A stretch of 63,951 nucleotides of DNA, counting the filler, from Choristocarpus tenellus KU-1152 (taxonomy: Eukaryota > Protista > Phaeophyceae), in NCBI GenBank assembly GCA_964200185.2. It is 11 parts of 11 records of this genome, joined end to end, with 100 filler letters (N's around TTAATTAATTAA, not from the genome) between each part and the next. Parts side by side here need not be neighbours in the genome. Positions count along the whole stretch, not along the records: positions 1 to 7,602 come from CAXNAD020005891.1; positions 7,703 to 19,102 come from CAXNAD020002336.1; 9 more parts are not named here. One strand, written 5' to 3'. Below the pieces are notes generated by a model. That model saw nothing but the letters and a program-made list of their open reading frames with translations. It was not told where the DNA came from and did no database searches. A program made the position numbers and the translations under genes. Positions 1-12,253 of the stretch are shown here, one piece after another (positions within the stretch are counted from its first letter, which is position 1; each line of letters starts with the position of its first letter).

Positions 1-56
1 ATGAAAAAATTGACCCCAAATGGACAGCCGCCACCCCCTCCCAGATAGTTTGAGTC
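1..56. mobile_element. Terminus of a TIR DNA element (GACTCAAAGTATCT family), truncated by the window start
   Basis: Its reverse complement matches 58489-58547 (gactcaaagtatctggg...ggcggctgtccatttggggtcaattttttcat). Confidence 0.7.
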
Positions 57-804
57 AAACCCTATACTTTAATCAAGTAATAGTGCATCTGTTAGCACTC
101 TTGGTGATCTACAATCCAGGGTTCCAATCCCAATATGAGCAGTCTTTCTTCATAAAAAGAAAAAAATGGCGATAAAAAAAAACGAAGGTCATACTCTGGA
201 GGGCCTTGTGACGGGCATCGCGAATATGCTTTATTTTTTAATCAGATGTCTACGTCAAAAATTATGATAGGACGACCTCACAGGGCGAAGATACTGGTAC
301 CACTATAGTGAAAACAAATGTAAGTTTGCTCGATATAAGAATTGGTAGGACAACGCCGAAACCTCTCTATAGCGTGAAAAGTGGTGAGAAGGGAATTTAC
401 CTTCTCTTATTTCTTGTTTTCTCTTATATTGACCTCTCTTATATAGTTACATCCAGTGTATATCCAATCGCCAAACAATGCGGTCAATTCCCACATATCT
501 AATCACCAACCAAATGTGGGAAATTTTCTGCAAATCTAATCCACACCAATGGGGCAAATTTCGGCGTCTCCACCTCCAAATCGATGTGGCTAATTTCCGT
601 AAATCCACTCCCACACCAATTCTCACAAAACGGTCCAACTCCATCCGAAACATTCCACATTCCTCCACAACATTTCCACCTTCGTCCAAGAACACCCCAT
701 AATCATACAAAACACACACCTAGATCCACTCCCACATTGTGCCTTTGAATTAGAAAACATCTACCCCACATGAGCTTGATATACCCCCTCCTAAAAAGAT
801 TTCA

Positions 805-1064
805 GAGTCAAAGTATCTCAAAGGATAAGAGACGCGTACATTTGGGAGCTAAAATCCAATGATGCGATTTCGACGTAATTTTAACTATCTTGTTTGTTAG
901 GAAGTGTCAATATCCTTGTAACGGATACACCTTTTCATATAGTATACATTTTACCTACTACGAAATATTTCGGAGTAGGGAAATATCATAAAAACCCGCG
1001 TGGGAAGCCAAGCCCCAAATGGACAAACAGGGCAAAACTCGTATCCTCTAAGATTCTTTCGCTC
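805..1064 (+). mobile_element. ~260-bp MITE, GAG...CTC TIR family, copy 1
   Basis: Ends gagtcaaagtatctcaaaggata ... tatcctctaagattctttcgctc. The interior aligns with copies at 11397, 11995 and 53991. Flanked by tttca on both sides. Confidence 0.85.
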
Positions 1065-2520
1065 TTTCAACAATCAAGATGATGGGTGGGTGCGAAAGAT
1101 TCCTCAGAGGTTGCCTTAATCCTGCCTCAGAGGGTGTGTTCAGCCAGTTTTGCCAACTACAATACAAGGGAAATGTATTTGACACCATGGGCGGGGACTT
1201 GACAGGTTATACTTTCTTATATTTTTTTTGTTTTGAGTCTACTCCACTTTGGCCATGGTTATGGACTGCAGAATACCCTGTGAGAACGGAACACCGTGCC
1301 CTTGATCCATACTTCTATAGGGGAATAGCTGTATGTGTGTTATGAAACACACACCCCTACTCATGCTTGAACAAAATGCCTTGATGCAGCATAGGTTTGA
1401 TAGGTTCGGAGTATTATCCCTCTGTTGATCAGCAGCAAGAATGAAGCAAACAAATTGTGTTGAGGAAGGATGTTCTTATTGAGGTATGAAATGCTGGTAA
1501 GGAACACACAGATAGTCTTGGTGAAAAACCACATTTCAATGTTGTGTGGAGAATATTGTACAAAAAGCCTTGGGGTTGCTTTGAATAGAATGAAGGACAC
1601 TTTATAGGAGGGTTAAAGGGGACCAAGACTGTCTCCAGCAAGAGAGGGGTTAAATCATCCTCTAAGAAGCGGGAAGGGTAGGGTTACAAAGCCAGAGACA
1701 GGCTTGAGGGACAAAATAATGATGACCTACCACTTGTGTATGTTATTGTTGGATCATGAGAAATGTACGTAAGTCTGTGTACATGTCCTTTTCACCGCTT
1801 TGAAGGCAGGTGCAAGTGTGCCAAGTCAGGCTTTCTATTGGGAGCCTCACCCTGCTCCTGTGTTGATTCTTGTTTCCTCTAGTTGTTAAGATCTGGATCC
1901 ATGCAGGTTAAGAATGCCCACACAAGGCATGCATGTCTCAAACTGCGTGTCTGTTTATGACTGAAAATATATTTGGCTGTTAATGCTCAAGTCAAAATCA
2001 AGGTGTATAGTTGAGTCCCTCGTATATGCGAGGCTTTCCAACTTTAGAGGCATGCTTAACTGTCCAGTGTTATTGACGTTGTTGGTCCCTTTTAGAAAGA
2101 CTATATGTTTTAGCTATAGATTTATCCCTTGAGAATATCTACCCTTGATGGACAACATCAAGTTATGTAGCATTGTAGACTACACACCTCCCATGTGTTA
2201 CAGATGCTACCTACTCCACCTCACAGAATGTTGAGTGATACAAGTCTTCATTCTTAAAGTCAAGAGAGAGGGAGAACAAGCTGCGCAATACCTCTTTTTT
2301 CTTCCTTAATGTTCACAAACAAGAATGTCTTCTTCACTCACAAATTGTCATCTCAATCATTGGCAACACATCCGCATTTTGTGTGGGGGGCTGAATTTTT
2401 ACCGCTGGTGTCACTTGCATTGTGTCTCGGTGCCCACGGGGGTCTGTCTTCTCTCGCGGTGGTGTTTACATTTGTGAAGCATCATGAACATGCCCAAGTC
2501 ACCCAAACCGCCCACCCATA

Positions 2521-5148
2521 TGCCTCCAGTGGTGGACCCAATTGTCACGACCATGAGATCTCTCTTCTGCCTAGCTCTAATGTCTAGATTGAAAATTTCA
2601 CCTCCCTGTCCTAACACATCTAATCCACACAAAAAAATACAACCAAGGATATTTTCTCGGTGCATGCATCAGCTATGGAAAAGACTGCGTCCAATAACAG
2701 AGTTGGTGTATGTGAATGCACCACATCTGTATGGTGATGGACACCGCCCCGGAGCCGAGGATGACTGCCCTGTAGCGCAGACCACAAAGGGCGATGGCAA
2801 TGAGAGGATAGAGAACAGCCATGGTGGTGGATGGTCATACAAGTTCCTCTACGGTGACTATGTCAGTTTATTAGTGGGGTGTGTGGTATATGCTGTGTGT
2901 GTTGGTTCTGAGTAGAGGTGCAGGAATGGAATTTTTCAGAGTCTTGATCGACAGTGATCTGTAATGTTTGGATCATATAATATATATATATATATATTTA
3001 TTTATTTTTTCTTTTGACGTGCTGAACAATTGTCTTGCCTTTTGGGGGCAGAACGGTCAGAGCTTTTTATTGGGCGAGATTGAGATGAACACAAAATAGC
3101 AATTCAGAATATATATATATATATGTTTTCTGTACATTAATCACCATTTGAAGAAAGGCAAGGTTACCCACTCTCTCTGCTGAAGCACAGGAGTCAATGA
3201 AATACCCGATTAGGAAGAAATTAGCTCAAGACCTTGGCGCTACTCATGACCCCACTGTTCTTCCCGAAGGTTGACCAAGGCAGGGCGTCAACACCTGGGG
3301 TTGAACTTAGGGTTAGGGTTAAACCATCATCTGTGATGGACGGAGTCTTGGCAGGCTCTACAGCGGTCACAGAGAAAAATGCCTCCCAAGATCCTGGTCC
3401 GCCCCCAGAACAGGGTCAAACATGGTGGCGATGTGATGTGGAGGCGCGAAGGGTAGCTAAGGCAAACCTAGGGCTTGAAAGGGCGCTGCCAGTGGGCGGG
3501 TCTGGAGGAGAGTCTTTGGCTTGTCACATTTGTGCGTGTGGGACAGGCAGGGACCATTTGACGGCTTGATGGGGTTCAACCAGGGGGCTGCTATGGCAAG
3601 CGTGTTTTATCACTGCGTGTTTGAGGAACACTCTGGGGGAAGCGAAGGGGTTGCGAGATGCTTTTTTCTTGAATCTGTTGTAAGGTGTAGTGGTGATGAG
3701 TGCTGCCTGCCTGCCTGCCTGCCTGCCTGTGGGTGGGGGTGTGTGATACTACTACTGCTGCTGGGGGCGAGTGCACTGTAAGGGGAGGGATGTAAATGCC
3801 TTGACTGTTGTATGCTCCTGGTTTAGTTGATGTGCTTGTACTATTTTGATTTCACAAGGGGCATGCTGTTGTGTGCTTGTTGTGTGCTTGTTGTGTCCAT
3901 ATGGCCACGAATCAGTCTCCCTGATTTGGCTCTGTAGCGACCATGTATGATTTGTTTGTTGTAAATTGTTTAGAGTGCTGTAGTTGTTCTTTGTATTGAC
4001 TTTGCTTGAGGAGTAACAAATTTCTTAGTTGCTTGACAAGCATTTATCTGATGCAACGCTCTCCACCTGCCTGCTTGTAGGTAACTCCCACCTGCACTGA
4101 AAAGTCCCAGATTTGGCATATTTGCATCAGGGTGCTTCCGGCCGCATCCCACTCAGGTTGGTAGACTAGAAGGGGGGGGTGTAATGAGATGAGTAAGAAA
4201 TATGTGTTTATTTCTGTGCTGTTGAAAACCTCTCAATATCTTGCACTTAAGAATATTATGAGAAGTCTCCTTTTTTTTCTAGCTTCTGGGCTGGTTGAAA
4301 GATGGCATTCTTCATATTGTCCTTCTTGGTAAAAGTATTGATACATAGCAATCCCAACGGAGGAGTTAAGCCCCTCCTGTGCTGTTGTCATATATGTACC
4401 TGGTCATTTGTGACCGCTGTATTATTATTATTAGTAGTATTATTATTATTGCCGTTATGATTAGTATTAAAAAATTGTGATTGATGTACTTTTATGTTAT
4501 TATGAGGTGTTTTTTTCCTCTCTCGAGAAAGTATCATGCCCTCATTGTTGACACACTACCTTTGTGTGAGGCTTGAGCAATGAGACAATTTCTGATGGTG
4601 ATTGTGGATACCAGAGAGCACTCTGATCTACTCCTGTTGTATGAAAAGGATGGGGGGGTTGCACTTTGAGTGATCTTGTTGGTTGCTGTGAATCATGTTT
4701 GTGCCATACGGACCATCTCGATCGCACTGTATCATGTACACATTTCATCCCTGTATCCACAATCAAGGACTTAGACTTACTAATAGTGGCTCATTGACCC
4801 CCCAGCACCAGAACTGTTCAATACACACGACAAACACCTCTTGCTTACTTGTGCCTCACAATTATTATTGACTCTTCCGTGTCCAGTTACAATGATGGCT
4901 CCCGAAACTGGTATGCATATTGACCTAAGGTCCCAAGTTATGTGAGGGACCCAAAGGACGATCAAAGCACCTTGCCGAGCTTGCACGTGTGGGCGGTTGA
5001 AGACCCATATGTACCAAGGGCAGAGTTGCAATACCTGGCAGGCTTGTACACTCGACCCAGCGTACTGGTGCATCACGGGCCCTACTGCGTCCCCCAGAAG
5101 AAGGAGATGATACCTAACTTTGTCAACTTCTTGGAGGGTTTCTGTTGA
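2521..5148 (+). pseudogene. FSH1/OVCA2-family serine hydrolase (alpha/beta hydrolase), multi-exon and disrupted
   Basis: Family motifs occur in order: CLQWWTQ (2521, degraded CLHGxTQ); ELVYVNAPH (exon 2673-2861); TWWR, GLEESL and GPFDGLMGFNQGAAMA (~3355-3684, in three different frames); RFGIFASG (4081-4156); PSLHVWAVEDPYVP...HHGPYCVP...FL (4930-5148). There are frameshifts and catalytic substitutions. Confidence 0.8.
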
Positions 5149-6920
5149 ACGGACGAAAGCGCATCACACGGGCCTTGTAAGGTGGCGTGAATTGTTTTGT
5201 TCTGGCCAGGTTTTTTTTTTTCTGTGTCTGTTAGCCATGTCCAGTCTTCCTCCCACAGGATTTGCTTGTTTAGGTCACGGTGGACATGTATACAGTAGGT
5301 AAGTGCAAGAGCCAACGAGTTTAGAGTCAGTGTGAGTTTGACTACACTTTGTTGCCAATGTTGCTAACGTGCTGGACAGGTGTCATTCACATAGTGACCT
5401 CCAAATTTCCCACTCTATGAACAGTTGATGTAGTTGTAGTTGTAGTTGTAGTTGTTGGGTATGTAGAGCACACTGTGGTGTGTATCCTGGAGTGTTACCT
5501 GTTGCATTCCCACTCCAGCGAACATACATCCGGTGAATCGGCCAATGAGATGTGTCAGTTTGGCTTGGGATTATGATAGTGGTTATTTTTGTAAGGATGA
5601 CCTTGTACAAAACGTGAAGGCATACTGAGAGTATGATTCTTAGATCCATGGGCAGACCTGGCAGAGCCTCTTTGCACAGTAGAAGGCTGAGCTGTGCCAC
5701 TTGGTTAAAGAACAACTTGAATGGAGTGGGCAAGAAGTAGGTGGGAGAGAGTAGTGTGAGTAGATTATTCCTTAGTGGCCAAGGGAATGGCAATCCCGGA
5801 GGGAGTGGGGAAGGAGGTAGTTCTTGCTTGTCTGCATTTGTTGTGTTGAATTTTGAGAACACTGGAGTGGAGACTGCGATCATCAGTCAGCACTGTTATG
5901 ATCAATCAAGTTACTTTTGTGTGATGACACTCTGTGTGTGTGGCTTGTGCGGTGGTGTTTATATACTGCATTGCCGCTATCTCCGCACACATCGTTCCTG
6001 TCTGTACTCTCACTACTTGTAGTAGGAGAAGTAGTAGTTGTAGTGATAGTAGTAGTAATAATAGTATCATAAGCATTAAAGTGTGGGGGTGCTGATGTTT
6101 TGTACAAAATAATATGATGGTGGGTCCAACTACAGTAACAAATCTACACGGTCAGTCGCTGGTGAGGTGAAGTGGATTGATGGCACGAGTGGAGCACACC
6201 ACATCTGAAGTACAAGTGTACTATCAATGAGTACTACTCAGCACCAATGTAGCATAGTGCTACTACGTAGTGCTGTTAGAAGGAAGGGGTTGGGAATAAC
6301 GACAATGATGATGTCACCATCATTGTTGGTGCAGTGCGACATGGACTGACTACCACCACTCCACCCTTAGATCCCACAACCAAAAGAACAGGAATTTTTA
6401 GAAAAAACGGTTGCTGGATGACGATTGGATGTCATGCGGTTAGCAGAATTGGTAAAAGCATGGAGAATCGTTTTTGAAAACAAATTGAAAAGGTCATGAA
6501 CTGCTCTTCCTGCTGCTGTTGCTGATGATGATGATGGTGATGCTGGGTGCGGGCGGTCGCGACTGATGATAACAGTGCTGGTATCTGCTATCATTATCAG
6601 GTCCGTGCGTATATCTGCGCATCACGTAAGTGCGGTAAAAGATGGGAGAGGGATTAGCTATCGCCAACAGGCAACGCCGACTGCTATTGTTGCATCAATC
6701 ACTCCAGAGTATTATGTACTCTGATCAGTGCAAGTATGTATGTATGTCTGATGATGTTTGTGTTTGTGGCGCACATCATACAGATGACGATAAATTTGTG
6801 TTACACCCGAAGCAATGATGAGCGACTTTATTTTGCGGTCCCAGTTCAAACCGTGTATCGTAAACGATAAACGTAAACAAACACAGGAAGGCAGTAGTAC
6901 AATATATAAATATAAATATT

Positions 6921-7430
6921 TTATTATTATGCCCTCTGACATGTTGCAGATGTGTCAAGGGGGAAACCAATGAAAACTATATATATACATGTCATTATTA
7001 GCCCTAAGGAATTAAAATCTCAGAAATGTGAAAACACTCAAAAACACTGTGTCAACCACTAATAATCTATCAGTTACTTCACCATTATCAATACTGTACT
7101 ACTATTGTTTTCCTGTGCTTCCCATCTACATACTCCTGCGCCCCGGGGCGGGGGGGGAGCTAGGGAGGCATCCCAAGAACCCAACAAACCCCTCCGTGCC
7201 CATCTCCCTGGTGACTCTAGCTTAAAGCGCATGATGGCACGTCGAAACAATGCCACTTGCGTAGTCACCGAAACAATTTGGCGTAGCCGGGATTAACTAC
7301 TCCTTTCCTGCAATATGCTCCCGCTCCTCTCCCCCCTACCATGAGAGTAGCCAGCTCATCCAGGAAGCATTCCGCTTGCTTTGCCGAGGCGCCCAAAACC
7401 TTCCACCGCAAAGTTGTTGAGGTTATAACT
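6921..7430 (-). mobile_element. 5'-truncated CRE-like (RLE) non-LTR retrotransposon 3' end with (TAA)n tail, copy A
   Basis: Minus strand reads FAVEGFGRLG / FLDELAT...SRLRQIVSVTTQVAL (RLE C-terminus), then a 3'UTR ending gtcagagggcataataataa. Homologous to 10697-11190 and 57681-58092. Confidence 0.75.
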
Positions 7431-7602
7431 ATAGTTTTTATTTGTTTTCCCCCAGACATATCTGCAAAATCTCAGAGGGCTTAATAATATATAGTGGTGA
7501 AGCAACAAATTAGTGTTTTTCACATTTGTGATATTCTATTTTCTTAGGGCTTATAGTGACATGTGTATAGTTTTCATTTGTTTCCCCCCTGACACATCTG
7601 GA
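7431..7602 (+). mobile_element. Two further 3'UTR fragments of the same LINE, in opposite orientation to copy A
   Basis: 7431-7489 (atagtttt...cagagggcttaataat) and 7516-7602 (ttttcacattt...cttagggct...gacacatctg) match the reverse complement of 6921-7040. Confidence 0.7.
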
Positions 7603-7702
7603 NNNNNNNNNNNNNNNNNNNNNNNNNNNNNNNNNNNNNNNNNNNNTTAATTAATTAANNNNNNNNNNNNNNNNNNNNNNNNNNNNNNNNNNNNNNNNNN
7701 NN
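7603..7702. other. Artificial contig spacer (N44-TTAATTAATTAA-N44)
   Basis: Identical 100-nt spacer with a six-frame stop linker, repeated 10 times in the window. Confidence 0.97.
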
Positions 7703-8799
7703 AAAGTGCGTAAAATTGGTGAAGTTTTTAACAGGAGAAAAAGGAAAGGGGGGGGGGGGGGGGGGGTGAAGGGGGGAGAGTTAGAAGGGGAGAAAGGAAC
7801 ATCAAATTTATAAAAATTTAAAAGAGCACAGAACAACATAAGCTCAGTCCAAGCATGCTTTCAGAGGATATACCAAGCAACTGGTAGGAGGAACAACAGG
7901 CGGACTTCAGTTACCTACATGCAACAACAGTCTTCACTGTTCATCTGTTACCAAGGGCTGACCTTTGTCTCCAGCGAGGTAAGCATGGGGTGAGCTAATA
8001 CAGCAGCGTCACGTCCCCTCAAAAAACAGAAAGTGCCCTCCCGTCTCCTGGGGCTGCCGTGCACATACAAAGCCACCAACAGCAACCACGACAACGCAAC
8101 CCGAGGGACTGAACCGGTAACACACTGGACTTTGATTTCAATGTTAATTTCAATGTTAAACCGGGAGGTGTCCTAGAGCACTTCCAAAAAACAAAGTCAA
8201 ACGCCACGTCATATATTGGAAAGTAGTAAACACCACGATACGTATCAAGTCGGCAACGGTTTCCTGAGGACGGTTTCTCTTCCGTCTGCACGAGACAAAA
8301 AACAGTAGAAAATAAATAATATACAACAACAACAACAACAACAACAAAAAGTATCATAAAGATATCACTCCATCACAATACGATACGGCACTTCTTTTGA
8401 CCCTCGGTCCACCCAAGGAAGGACATCATCGGAGTTCGAGAGCAAGATCGTCGATTCTCACAGGAAACAAAACAAAAAGGACGCTTCACAGGCGGCATTG
8501 AAAACAAAAACACGACTCCTTATGAATGTGTCTTGTGGTACGAGGTAAACGTACTGATCCAATTCGTGGCTCTTGCAATACAATACGAATCCCGTTGCCA
8601 CTATGCTGCAAGCCTCCCATTGGCAACAAATTTGAGACCACTTTTCTGAATACATGCTAAAGGAGGAAGGGCGAAGACCTCTCCATAAAGTGCTGAGCCC
8701 AACGGAAGTGAAGCATGGCACCCATACAAGCAGGTATACTGAACCTGGGGGGTCTATGTCTAACCCTATCCCCAGGCCCCACAGTCTACACTACTCCAC

Positions 8800-10330
8800 A
8801 ATGAATTCAAAAGTCACAAGTATGAGCCTGGGATGTGAATGGCTCTTCCTTGCCAAGTCACATGTTAATATTTATGTAGATATATGCATACTTATCTTGA
8901 AAGTCTTCTAGGGTTGACAATGTCGAAAAGGGAGTGGAAATCTTTTCCATACTGTAATCGGCTGCACGCCTTTATGCCAAATGATATCATCAACATTCTG
9001 ATAAATACTACAAGAGGTGCCAACAAGTAGCAATCCTTCGACACCAACATATTGTGGTCTCTGGAGGAACCCCGAGAGCAACATTGAGTAACTTCATGTA
9101 GCTCTTCAATGCATGAGCAGGGCTGGCGAAATGAGGGTTTCACAAACGTACCTATTGATAACTTGTGAATGAGGCACTAGACCCACCTATCCGTTCATGG
9201 GATTCGATTTCCCACAGCAACATGTCCTTCTCATTTAGTTTCAGTTTCTGCATCTTTACATTGCAAATTGCTCCCCATAAACTCACTTGGGAATGGGCAT
9301 CGATTCACGTCGTACGTGAGATATAAGAAACTTGGAATCCCGTCGAAGGTGTGGCTCTCCCACCTTAAGTGTCATCCCCGCCGTCAGGCTGGTCGATGGG
9401 TCTCTTTGCCCATCACCATCCACCTGTGTGTTCACGGCAGGCCGGATAGGGGTTGGTGCGGGGAAGGTGTCGGTAAAGTAATGATTGGAAGTATCCGCAA
9501 CTGGCAACTAATAAAGCCCACAAACGGCCATTACACCATAACCAGAGACCAACACGTGGACAGGAATATGAACGAGGCTCCAACAACGAAATTTTGATTA
9601 TTCCAAAACGCTATACCCCCAGCTTACAAATAATGAGAAAGAATGGGTTCTAGGGAAAGAGCAATCAACGGATACAGGACTCGTGATGTACGGTATTACG
9701 GCACAGACGCAAAAAAGACGACTTTGTTCACTACCTCAAGACATGAAATCCTCCGGCTACTATCGATATCTTATAAAAATCGAAACCGTCAATAGGATTA
9801 TCAGCAAGTGCAATCTCTGTGTAAAAGTTGGTCACCATACACTGAGAACGAGCAACACATACCTTCATCTCCCCCATCTGAATATGGGAAACTTGTCCTG
9901 CACCAGAGTTCACTAGGTGATTCCCTCCCAACGACACATCGCTTTCCACATTCTCCTCCAGTTCCACTAGACCACCATTGCCATCGACGGGAATCTGGTT
10001 AGGCATTGAGTCTAAGTTTTGGGGGGGTGGGGAACCCCTCTGTCATTTACCACTGTACACTGGAAGTGGGTTACCAAACTTTCAGTCCGAAACAATCCAG
10101 CCCATGCCTTACTAACCCAACATAGATCACGGGAGGCAAAGGTTGTTTCCTATCTGTTCAGCGTAGCACCAAGCCAAGTGGAGTGGTTTCCACACATGAC
10201 AAGGACCGCAGAGAATGGAATTGATCGTATTGACTGAAAGAAACAGTAGATAGACAACACATCCAAATTTCTCCTTTTTACATTAACCTAGAATCTGAGA
10301 TCGGTCAAACTTCTCAAATAACAAAAGAAA
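8800..10330 (-). mobile_element. Heavily decayed Ty3/Gypsy pol relic (RT, RNase H, integrase start)
   Basis: Minus-strand fragments LRF*VNVKRRN (~LRFCVDYRRLN) and NR*ETTFASRD...THFQ (~DREKTAF...TFQR), followed by RNase H-like and zinc-binding-like segments. Many stops and frameshifts. Confidence 0.45.
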
Positions 10331-11396
10331 AGATCGAAAACCAACAAAAGTAGAGAAAAGTATTACCTTTATATCATCTGTGTACCAAACTTTGAACATT
10401 TACAAGAAGTATAGAGATTGAGAGACCTTAATTTGATCGAATTAATTTTTTGAACTAATAATTGATATTGGGTCTCAAATCGAAATATCGAATTTATCTA
10501 TATATAGCGTATCAAAAAGGTCGAAGATTTATTGATATTTTCTTATGATAATAAAATATCAAATTGAAATTGATAATTGATAATTGGTATTGGTTTGATA
10601 TTTGAAGTCAAATTTCAAATGTCGCACTCATCCCTCTCCAATGACGACAAATATTTAACCATTTATCATAATATTTTCCACCTATTTATATTTAGATTAT
10701 TATGCCCTCTGACATTTTGCACCTATTTATATCAAACAAAATGACAAACCAATATCACAACCCTCTACCAAAAAGTATCTGTTGTAGGAAATGAAAAAGA
10801 TACCTCTCCATTTTACTATTATTTGAGTAAGTACCAACTGTATCACGCTGCTTTCTTTGAAGTTTGGCAATTACATGTAGTGTGTACACTGCTCGTATGC
10901 CTCTAGCCTACCTTACACCTACAAAGATGGGCGAGGAGTTAGGGAGGCATTCTAAGAATCTGACGAACCCCTTACTATATCTAAATTGAAATGCATGACG
11001 CATCTTGAGAGAGTCACTTGTGCAATAACGGACAATATCTGTCGTAAGCCAAAGATGATAGCCCCTTTCCCACCATAACCTCTCGCCCCTCTCCCCCCTA
11101 CTGTATGTGTAGCCAACTCGTCTAGAAAATTCTACTCACTTACCCGAGCCGCCCAAAAAACTTTCCAGCGCAAAAGTGTTGATATTAATATGAGGGCCAA
11201 GAGAATCCTTTTAGTGGGTGCACTTTCGCACCTCAGCTACAGCTGCAGCTACACAGACAGCTGCTGGTGGGTGAGTGAGGCAGAAGGAAGCCAGCTTGCA
11301 CTTTTGCAAATGCAACATTAAGGAGGGGGTCTTTATCCCAGTAGGGAGCCGAGTCACCATCCGCAAGTTCCCCAACGTGGAAGACCACATCCATGC

Positions 11397-11654
11397 GAGA
11401 CAAAGTATATTAGAGGGTAGAGTCGCGTCCGTTTGGCGACCAAAATCCAATGTTGCGATTTCGATGTAATTTCGGCTATCGTGTTTGTTAGGATTTGTCG
11501 ATATCCTTGTTCCGGACACACCTTTTTATGATTTTACATATTTTACGTACTCCGAAACATTTCGGAGTACGAAAATTTCATTAATAAAACGTGGGAAGCC
11601 AAGCCTCAAACGAACAAACAGGACAAACTTGTACCCTCTAAGATAATTTCACTC
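11397..11654 (+). mobile_element. GAG...CTC MITE copy 2, nested in LINE copy B
   Basis: TIRs gagacaaagtatattagagggta / taccctctaagataatttcactc; 3-bp duplication tgc. Confidence 0.85.
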
Positions 11655-11994
11655 TGCGGAAGTTTGGGTCCATATTGAACGGGCTACCATCCTTTATAGT
11701 GCAACAGATACCTATTCCCTTACAGGGTTGGCGCATACACTTGACCATCAGCATGTGTTGGCACGCGTGTCCTCCTGCCTTAGGTCAGGCACAAGCATGT
11801 CGGTTGTCGACATTATGCCTCCTGCACCCAACCACCAGTCACCTGTTGGATAGGGCCTCCTCCCTCCCAAGAGATCTGGCGACAGTGAATATAATCTCTA
11901 CAGGGGGATTTGGCGAGTTGCTTCCAGGGGTTTTGTGGAGGGCCAAAGGTGGACTGGAACTGCTGTAGAGCTTTTGCTGTAGCCATGCAGTATA

Positions 11995-12253
11995 GAGTCA
12001 AAGTATCTTACAGAGTAGAGCCGCATCCGTTTGCGGGTCAAAATTCAATGTTGCAATTTTGATGTAATTTTGGCTATCGTATTTGTTAGTAACTGTCAAT
12101 ATCCTCGTTCCAGACACACATTTTCGTAATGTACACATTTTACCTACTGCGAAGCATTTTGGAGTAGATAGAATGTCATAAGAGACCCATGGGAAGCCTA
12201 GCGCCAAATGGGCAAACAGGGAAAAACTCTTAGCCTCTAAGATACTTTCACTC
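11995..12253 (+). mobile_element. GAG...CTC MITE copy 3
   Basis: TIRs gagtcaaagtatctta / taagatactttcactc; 3-bp duplication ata. Confidence 0.85.

Noticed and set aside
5383-6594. Minus-strand ORFs (166 aa and 75 aa) as a gene
   Set aside because: No recognisable motifs and no phase-consistent exon chain. It may be real but is unsupported.
7647-7658. Recurrent TTAATTAATTAA palindrome as a biological motif
   Set aside because: It is always centred in an identical 100-nt N spacer, so it is an artificial linker.
7960-8720. Minus-strand exons of an alpha/beta hydrolase or a selenoprotein (GGHFLFFEGT*RCC)
   Set aside because: Splice-like signals exist, but another frame is fully open, no consistent gene model or SECIS could be established, and I recognise no family.
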